This document shows positions 57,632 to 64,000 of a stretch of 64,000 nucleotides of DNA, piece after piece (position 1 is the first letter of the stretch; every line of letters begins with the position of its first letter). Source of the DNA: Ferroacidibacillus organovorans (lineage in GTDB: Bacteria > Bacillota > Bacilli > Alicyclobacillales > SLC66); contig NZ_LSUQ01000007.1 in the NCBI RefSeq assembly GCF_001642725.1, positions 1 through 64,000 on the forward strand, read 5' to 3'. The notes beneath the pieces were generated by a model. It saw only the letters and a program-made list of their open reading frames with translations. It had not been told where the DNA came from and made no database searches. The position numbers and the translations under genes were made by a program.

Positions 57632-58308
57632 AAATCGCGCTTGATGGTCCCGCCGGAGCAGGAAAGAGCACCGTCGCGAAAGAAGTTGCAAAACGACTTC
57701 AGATGACCTATGTAGATAGTGGCGCGATGTACCGCTGTGTCACGTATTTGGCAATTAAACGCCATGTCACGATGCAAGATGAAACGGGTTTATCTAATCT
57801 CGCCAATGCGATGCAACTGATGTTTATCCCTTCCGAACACGGTCAAGTGGTGCACCTTGACGGTGTGGACGTTACCGATGCGATCCGTTCGTCCGAAGTC
57901 GGGGCGCTTGTTCCGCTTGTCGCAAAGCATGCGCGCGTTCGTGAGTGCCTTGTTGAAAAACAACGTGAGATGGCGCGCACCGCACACAGTGTCGTGATGG
58001 ACGGTCGGGACATTGGCACGCATGTCTTGCCTGACGCGGTCGTGAAGGTTTATTTGACAGCGACACTTGACGTGCGTGCGCGAAGGCGCCACGAAGAACT
58101 CGTACGACAAGGATTTACAGGATCTGTCGCAGACGTGATGAAGCTTTTGCATGAGCGCGACGAAATTGACGGGAGAAGGGAGATTGCTCCCATGCGGCCT
58201 GCCAGCGATGCGGTTGTCTTGGATACGTCATGCCTTGCGATTCATGAAGTGACTGCGATGGTTGTAAGCCTTTGTCAAGCTCGCATGCACAACGAGGTGA
58301 GGCATTGA
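57628..58308 (+). CDS. cmk: cytidylate kinase
   Basis: IALDGPAGAGKST, DSGAMYR, MDGRDIGT. Confidence 0.96.
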   Translation: MKIALDGPAGAGKSTVAKEVAKRLQMTYVDSGAMYRCVTYLAIKRHVTMQDETGLSNLANAMQLMFIPSEHGQVVHLDGVDVTDAIRSSEVGALVPLVAKHARVRECLVEKQREMARTAHSVVMDGRDIGTHVLPDAVVKVYLTATLDVRARRRHEELVRQGFTGSVADVMKLLHERDEIDGRREIAPMRPASDAVVLDTSCLAIHEVTAMVVSLCQARMHNEVRH

Positions 58309-58901
58309 CAGTCTATCAGTTCGCTCGTGATTTCATGCGGTATGTCGTGATCCTGCTATTTCAAATCCGCGTTACAGGACAGGAGCATCTTCCCGATCAG
58401 GGGGCTGTTCTATTATGCAGCACGCATAAATCCAACTGGGATCCTGTTTTAGTCGGGTGTTTTTCAAAACGGGAAGTCGCTTTTCTTGCAAAAGAAGAAC
58501 TATTTAGTTTGAAATGGCTTGGCCATATCATGCACAAACTTCATGCGTTCCCCATTCGGCGCGGGGCAGGGGATCGCGGCGCATTGCGAACATCGCTTCA
58601 AATTCTCGAACAAGGTGAAGTTCTTGTCATGTTTCCAGAAGGAACGCGCAAGCTAAAAGGGCAGCTCACAGAACTTCAGCCTGGCGCCTCCATGCTGGCG
58701 CTGCGATCCGATGCTCAGATTGTACCTGTTGCAATTCGCGGTCACTATCTTCCGTTCGGGGGACTACGCATGCAGTTTGGCGCTCCGTTTCAACTCGATG
58801 AGCAAGCGAAATCGCTTAAAGGTCGTGCAGCGATCAGTCACGCCACGGAGATCATTGCCACGAAGATGAGAGAACTTGCGCGAGAGGTCGAACAAGGATG
58901 A
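58305..58901 (+). CDS. plsC: 1-acyl-sn-glycerol-3-phosphate acyltransferase
   Basis: HKSNWD (HxxxxD), AKEEL, FPEGTR. Confidence 0.9.
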   Translation: MTVYQFARDFMRYVVILLFQIRVTGQEHLPDQGAVLLCSTHKSNWDPVLVGCFSKREVAFLAKEELFSLKWLGHIMHKLHAFPIRRGAGDRGALRTSLQILEQGEVLVMFPEGTRKLKGQLTELQPGASMLALRSDAQIVPVAIRGHYLPFGGLRMQFGAPFQLDEQAKSLKGRAAISHATEIIATKMRELAREVEQG

Positions 58902-59203
58902 GTCGCGTTTTGGAACCGGTGCTGATGTTTTGTGGTATTGTGCTGATTTTGCAGTTATACGCAAGACAGATCAGTGCCAAACTTGTCAAGAAAAGTTTGG
59001 CGGAACGAGCAGCATTTCGAAAACGTTTTTTTTCGATTGGCGTTTCACTTGCAGTTGCCTGTTTCAGTGTGGGATTATTGTATCAAGAACATGTTGTCTC
59101 CTTGCTTCTTGCGGGGATTTTGTACATACCACTGATCGCCCTGTTTGCAGTCTGCATGGTTCGACTGCAACCGCTGCTGCGAGCTCACGAGGAGGATTTA
59201 TAG
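58898..59203 (+). CDS. small 3-TM membrane protein of unknown function
   Basis: three hydrophobic segments; ATGA overlap with plsC, abuts rpsA. Confidence 0.65.
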   Translation: MSRVLEPVLMFCGIVLILQLYARQISAKLVKKSLAERAAFRKRFFSIGVSLAVACFSVGLLYQEHVVSLLLAGILYIPLIALFAVCMVRLQPLLRAHEEDL

Positions 59204-60361
59204 ATGTCTGAACTTGTAAATGAAGAACAATCCAAGGAAGTAGCGAGTGAAGCAAAACCATTAGATGCGGTTGTCACGCGTGTTGAGAGCGACGCCGTCT
59301 TTGTACAGTTTGATGGCACTCGCGAGGGCGTTATCTCGCGTGCGCAATTCTCACAGGCAACGGGCGGAGATCTGACGGTTATGGCCAGAGTCGGTCAGAC
59401 CATTCGCGCGGTGATCCTTCGCGAAGAAGAAGACGGAACGGTGCGCCTTTCACGTAAAAATGCAGTGGATGCGTCAACGTGGGAAACGTTGCGCGCACTC
59501 GCAGAATCACAAGAAGTGATCGAAGTGACGATTGCGACGGCGGTAAAAGGCGGTCTTGTCGCAGACCTTATGGGTGCGCGCGCATTTATGCCGGCATCAC
59601 AGTCCGACCTTCGCTTTGCGGCAGATCTGACTCCGCTTGTCGGTTCGGATGTGTATGTGATCGTGACAGAAGTTGACGAAGAGAATAAGCGATTGATCAT
59701 CTCCCGCAAGCGCGTGCTTGAAATGGAAGAACAGTCTGCGCGCGCCGAACGAATCCATGACTTCCACCCGGGGGATTTGGTGCATGGGCGTGTTGCCCGT
59801 ATGACTCAGTTTGGCGCCTTTATTGATCTCGGTGGAATTGATGGTCTATTGCACGTGTCTGAAATGTCTTGGTCGCGCGTCGCACGTCCTGAAGAAGTGA
59901 TTTCGATCGGCGATGAAATTGAGGTTCGCGTACTTCGCGTAGAACCTGAAAACGGCAAGGTGTCTCTCAGCATGAAACACACTCAGGAAAGCCCTTGGCA
60001 AAAAGCGAGCAAAGCGTTTCAGATTGGGGATATTGTCGAAGGGGAGGTGCGCCGCCTTTCGTCATTCGGCGCATTTGTCGAAGTGGCACCGGGGGTCGAG
60101 GGTTTAGTGCACGTCTCGCAAATCTCCCGACAGCGCGTTGATCAGCCTTCAGACGTTCTCGAACCGGGGCAACGGGTCATGGTCAAAGTGCTCGACATTC
60201 GTCCCGAGGAAGAGCGGATGTCACTTTCAATCAAAGAGGCTCAGATGCGCGAAGAAAAACGACGAGCTCCTGAATGGACAGAGAAGTCCAATTCGGAATC
60301 TCAACAAACCACGCTTGGGGACCTTTTTGGTGACTTGTTAAGAGATCGTTTCAAATCCTGA
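59204..60361 (+). CDS. rpsA: 30S ribosomal protein S1 homolog (4 S1 domains)
   Basis: repeated FGAF.D/E...GL.HVS motifs. Confidence 0.9.
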   Translation: MSELVNEEQSKEVASEAKPLDAVVTRVESDAVFVQFDGTREGVISRAQFSQATGGDLTVMARVGQTIRAVILREEEDGTVRLSRKNAVDASTWETLRALAESQEVIEVTIATAVKGGLVADLMGARAFMPASQSDLRFAADLTPLVGSDVYVIVTEVDEENKRLIISRKRVLEMEEQSARAERIHDFHPGDLVHGRVARMTQFGAFIDLGGIDGLLHVSEMSWSRVARPEEVISIGDEIEVRVLRVEPENGKVSLSMKHTQESPWQKASKAFQIGDIVEGEVRRLSSFGAFVEVAPGVEGLVHVSQISRQRVDQPSDVLEPGQRVMVKVLDIRPEEERMSLSIKEAQMREEKRRAPEWTEKSNSESQQTTLGDLFGDLLRDRFKS

Positions 60362-60451
60362 CATTCTTGAACAAATGCGTGTGAGAAACGATCATTTTTT
60401 AGAGCATCTTCAGAATTTGGTCAGGTAATCTTCAAGTGACACAGGATCCAT

Positions 60452-60490
60452 ACCGTCTGGTGCCATCGCAGTGGCATAAGACGGTTGTTT
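60452..60490 (+). terminator. terminator after rpsA
   Basis: ACCGTCT..TGCCA / TGGCA..AGACGGT followed by TGTTT. Confidence 0.6.
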
Positions 60491-60548
60491 CCATTTGACT
60501 GAATGAATTTGAATATGCGACAATGGATTGCTATGCGAAGGAGGTTAG

Positions 60549-61913
60549 ATGACTGTGCCTAAGGTGCGCACTGTCAGCGCAGATTCTCTAGCGGAAGAAT
60601 TGCAGATCGAACCTGGCGATGAAGTGGTCTCAATCAATGGGCAGCCAATTCGGGACATTGTAGATTTGCAGTTTGCACTCGCGGGTGAGTATTTAGAAAT
60701 TGAAGTAAAAAAGTGCGATGGAGAAGAGTGGCTCATTGAAGTCGATAAAGCGTATGATGAGATGCTTGGCGTGGAGTGGGAGCATGCGACGGTTGATCGC
60801 GTGAAACTTTGCCACAACAAATGTGTCTTTTGCTTTGTCGATCAAATCCCCGGAAATATGAGAAAGACGCTTAACATGCGCGACGATGATTATCGACTTT
60901 CGTTCTTGCATGGGAACTTCGTGACACTCACCAACTTGAAATCGGGTGAACTTGAACGAATGGCCGAACTTAAGATGTCGCCCATTAATATCAGTGTTCA
61001 TACGACCAACCCGGAACTTCGCGAGCAAATGCTTGTCAATAAAAAATCGGGTGAAATTCTCAATCAGATTCGCTATTTGGCAGAACATGAAATTGAGATG
61101 AATACCCAGATCGTGCTGTGCCCTGAGTGGAATGACGGCGCCGAACTTGATCGTACCATTGAGGAACTCGCTCAATTTTATCCTGCTGTTCGTACGTTAT
61201 CTGTCGTTCCGGTCGGCTTGACGAAACACCGCAAAGGGTTATCTGCCCTTCGCGGCTGCACTTCAATTGAGGCGCGGCGAACCGTTCGCCAGATTGAGCG
61301 ATGGCAGGGGATTTTGCGCCCAAAACTCGGCGTGAATTTCGTTCACGCGTCGGATGAATTCTATGTGCTGGCTAACACCGACATTCCATCAGCGGAGTAT
61401 TATGATGAGTTTGCGCAGGTTGAAAACGGAGTCGGAATGCTGCGAACGTTTATCGACGAATTCCAGGCGCTTGAGAATACGCTCCCGACTGGACTTGACG
61501 CACCGCGACACATTGCCATCGTTACCGGAACATCTGCGAGTAAAACGATGAAGGAGGCCGTCTCAAAACTCAGTCAAATTGCAAATCTCGCTATTGATGT
61601 CCATGTGATTCGCAATGCGTTTTACGGGGAAGAAGTCACGGTGACCGGTTTGATTACTGGCCAGGATATCGTCCATCAACTGGAAACATCCCTTACTGCC
61701 GACACAATATTGCTCCCAGATGTGATGTTGAAAGATGAAGAGGATGTTTTTCTTGACGATTTCACTGTACAACAGGTATCTGAAGCGTTGCGTTGTAAAG
61801 TTCTGATTGTACCACCAACGGCGAGCGGGTTGATACACGGCGCGCTTGGGGCGCTTGAAGCATTGCCTTTGCGCAAACGGTATGAAGGTACGTTTGCGCG
61901 AGCGATGGCGTAG
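60549..61913 (+). CDS. DUF512 / PDZ + radical-SAM-like Fe-S protein
   Basis: N-terminal PDZ-like region, CHNKCVFC, DDDYRLSF, QVENGVG. Confidence 0.85.
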   Translation: MTVPKVRTVSADSLAEELQIEPGDEVVSINGQPIRDIVDLQFALAGEYLEIEVKKCDGEEWLIEVDKAYDEMLGVEWEHATVDRVKLCHNKCVFCFVDQIPGNMRKTLNMRDDDYRLSFLHGNFVTLTNLKSGELERMAELKMSPINISVHTTNPELREQMLVNKKSGEILNQIRYLAEHEIEMNTQIVLCPEWNDGAELDRTIEELAQFYPAVRTLSVVPVGLTKHRKGLSALRGCTSIEARRTVRQIERWQGILRPKLGVNFVHASDEFYVLANTDIPSAEYYDEFAQVENGVGMLRTFIDEFQALENTLPTGLDAPRHIAIVTGTSASKTMKEAVSKLSQIANLAIDVHVIRNAFYGEEVTVTGLITGQDIVHQLETSLTADTILLPDVMLKDEEDVFLDDFTVQQVSEALRCKVLIVPPTASGLIHGALGALEALPLRKRYEGTFARAMA

Positions 61914-61953
61914 GGTTACTTTGAAGTAGTCGTAAAGGAAAGAAGGTATTTTA

Positions 61954-63270
61954 GTGGCTACACCAGTCATGGCAATTGTGGGACGACCCAATGTGGGTAA
62001 GTCTACACTTTTTAACAAGATCGTCGGCGAGCGCATCGCCATTGTTGAAGATCGACCAGGCATTACTCGCGATCGCATTTTTGCAGCGTCGGAGTGGTCT
62101 GGGACTTCGTTTCGCATCATTGACACTGGAGGACTCGATTTCGGTGAGGATGACGAGATTGCGGCGAGAATTCGCGCGCAAGTGGAACTTGCGATCGATG
62201 AGGCGCACGTGATTGTTTTTTTGGTGGACGGGCAGTCTGGACTGACGAGTGCCGATGAAGAGATTGCCGATCGTCTGCGCAGATCCCATAAACGCGTCAT
62301 TGTCGCGGTGAACAAAGCGGATCATCCTGGTCGCTTGAGTCACGCCTATGAGTTCTATCAACTCGGGTTTGGCGAAGCGCTGTCCATCTCTGCGGAACAC
62401 GGACTTGGAATTGGTGATTTGCTCGATGAGGTGGTTAATCATTTTCCACTTGATCAAGAAGAACCGAGTTACGCAGAAGATGCGATCCGCATCGCGATTA
62501 TCGGCCGCCCGAACGTCGGTAAGTCTTCGATGATCAATGCACTGCTCGGAGAAGAGCGCGTTCTCGTAAGCAACATTGCCGGAACAACGCGTGATGCGAT
62601 TGATACAGAACTCACGTTTGCAGGAAATCCCTACGTACTCATTGACACGGCGGGCGTACGCAAGCGAGGCAAAGTCTACGAGAAGACAGAAAAGTACAGC
62701 GTGTTGCGCGCGCTACGAGCGATTGAGCGATGTGATGTCGCCGTTCTTGTCATCGATGGAGAGCAGGGCATCATCGAGCAGGACAAACACGTTGTTGGCT
62801 ATGCACTTGACGCGGGAAAAGCGCTTGTGATCGCTGTGAATAAATGGGATATTGTTGAAAAGGATCATAAAACTGCACAAGAATTCGAAAAAAATCTGCG
62901 CTCCCATTTTCCGTTTATGAGCTGGGCACCTGTGGCTTTTGTATCCGCCAAGACAGGGCGACGTGTGTCACGCGTACTCGAAATGTCTTCCCATGTCGCA
63001 GAGCAACACGCCATGCGGATTCAAACATCAACCGTAAACACGATTGTTCAAGAAGCGGTATCGTTAACGCCACCACCTACAGACAAAGGACGTCGCTTAA
63101 AAGTTCTCTACGCAACGCAAGTGTCTGTCAAACCGCCGACCTTTGCTGTCTTTGTAAACACCCCAGAGTTGATGCATTTTTCTTATGTGCGTTATCTTGA
63201 AAATCAGCTACGTCAATCGTTTGGATTTGATGGCACCCCGATTCGTATTCTTGTGCGTCAACGATCTTAA
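61954..63270 (+). CDS. der: ribosome biogenesis GTPase Der
   Basis: two GRPNVGKS domains, DTGG/DTAG, NKAD/NKWD, KH-like C-terminus. Confidence 0.97.
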   Translation: MATPVMAIVGRPNVGKSTLFNKIVGERIAIVEDRPGITRDRIFAASEWSGTSFRIIDTGGLDFGEDDEIAARIRAQVELAIDEAHVIVFLVDGQSGLTSADEEIADRLRRSHKRVIVAVNKADHPGRLSHAYEFYQLGFGEALSISAEHGLGIGDLLDEVVNHFPLDQEEPSYAEDAIRIAIIGRPNVGKSSMINALLGEERVLVSNIAGTTRDAIDTELTFAGNPYVLIDTAGVRKRGKVYEKTEKYSVLRALRAIERCDVAVLVIDGEQGIIEQDKHVVGYALDAGKALVIAVNKWDIVEKDHKTAQEFEKNLRSHFPFMSWAPVAFVSAKTGRRVSRVLEMSSHVAEQHAMRIQTSTVNTIVQEAVSLTPPPTDKGRRLKVLYATQVSVKPPTFAVFVNTPELMHFSYVRYLENQLRQSFGFDGTPIRILVRQRS

Positions 63271-63282
63271 GGAGGTGGTAGC

Positions 63283-63885
63283 GTGTTTTTTCTCATTCTC
63301 ATCTCAAGCATCGTCGCGTATTTATTAGGCTCCGTCTCTTCGAGCTATCTATTAGGGCGAACCCTCGCTGGCGTAGACATTCGCAACCATGGAAGTGGCA
63401 ATGCAGGTGCGACAAACACCTTGCGCATTCTTGGCTGGCGAATCGCTGTTTTTGTTTTGTTCATCGATATTCTAAAAGGTGTATTTGCAATCGCCTTTGC
63501 CCACCTGATCACAGGAGGGAACGAAGTGGCTTTGGCATTCGCTGGATTTTTTGCGATTGTTGGCCACAATTGGCCTGTCTATTTTGGATTTCGCGGAGGG
63601 AAGGGAGTCGCCACGACGATCGGCGTACTCTTAACTCTCTATGCCGCACCCGCACTGTACGCCGGATTGATTGCGATTGCGCTCCTTTTACTCTTTCGCT
63701 ATGTATCTGTTGCGTCGCTCACATTTGTCGCTCTAACGCCGATCTTTCAATGGATTATGCACGGTAATGCGGCGGTTATCCTCATCTCTTTCGCGATCGC
63801 CATAATGACATTCATCCGCCATCGCACCAACATCGCCAGACTTCGCTCTGGTCAAGAACATCGTTTGTTTTCAAGGACTTCGTAA
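63283..63885 (+). CDS. plsY: glycerol-3-phosphate acyltransferase PlsY
   Basis: GSGNAGATN, GHNWP, FRGGKGVAT, HRTNIARL. Confidence 0.95.
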   Translation: MFFLILISSIVAYLLGSVSSSYLLGRTLAGVDIRNHGSGNAGATNTLRILGWRIAVFVLFIDILKGVFAIAFAHLITGGNEVALAFAGFFAIVGHNWPVYFGFRGGKGVATTIGVLLTLYAAPALYAGLIAIALLLLFRYVSVASLTFVALTPIFQWIMHGNAAVILISFAIAIMTFIRHRTNIARLRSGQEHRLFSRTS

Positions 63886-63904
63886 GAAAGTGGGATCATG
63901 CATC

Positions 63905-64000
63905 ATGGCTGATTTGGTGTCGGCAATAAGAACGCCAATCTCGCATTTTGCTATCTTTGGCGCCGGAAGTTTTGGAACGGCGCTTGCCGTTACGCTTGCG
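63905..64000 (+). CDS. gpsA: NAD(P)H-dependent glycerol-3-phosphate dehydrogenase (3' truncated)
   Basis: AIFGAGSFGTALA Rossmann motif; synteny after der-plsY. Confidence 0.8.
   Translation, partial: MADLVSAIRTPISHFAIFGAGSFGTALAVTLA

Noticed and set aside
1..64000. Numerous 60-250 aa antisense or alternate-frame ORFs, and any mobile elements or tRNA/rRNA genes
   Set aside because: Shadow ORFs of well-supported genes with no RBS or motifs; no transposase, integrase, att-like repeats or tRNA cloverleafs were seen

Overview
Core chromosomal segment of an endospore-forming Bacillales bacterium (about 50% GC; gene order and content suggest an Alicyclobacillaceae/Paenibacillaceae-like organism, which is inference). 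It is syntenic with the B. subtilis deoB/pdp-dacF-spoIIA-spoVA-lysA-rib-scpAB-dacB-spmAB-rluB-resDE-serA...gudB-sleB-ypeB-cmk-rpsA-der-gpsA region and has a more variable central part (about 24-52 kb). I saw no rRNA, tRNA, CRISPR array, prophage or IS element. Best non-obvious items: (1) a ykkC-class (ppGpp/PRPP-type) ON riboswitch with an overlapping terminator ahead of a stand-alone glutamate synthase; (2) a Ser T-box on serA; (3) two paralogous ~55-aa SPOR-half-like microproteins 11 kb apart, one missed by the ORF track; (4) a SprT + two paralogous small helical proteins + PcrA/UvrD-like helicase module; (5) an unannotated 49-aa SpoVM-like amphipathic peptide gene; (6) a metallophosphoesterase that appears to start at AUU; (7) an HTH-TPR regulator wedged between dacF and spoIIA; (8) a rib operon with no FMN riboswitch; (9) an unassigned structured leader at 33.1-33.25 kb. 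All calls come from motif recognition and synteny by eye; no searches were run.
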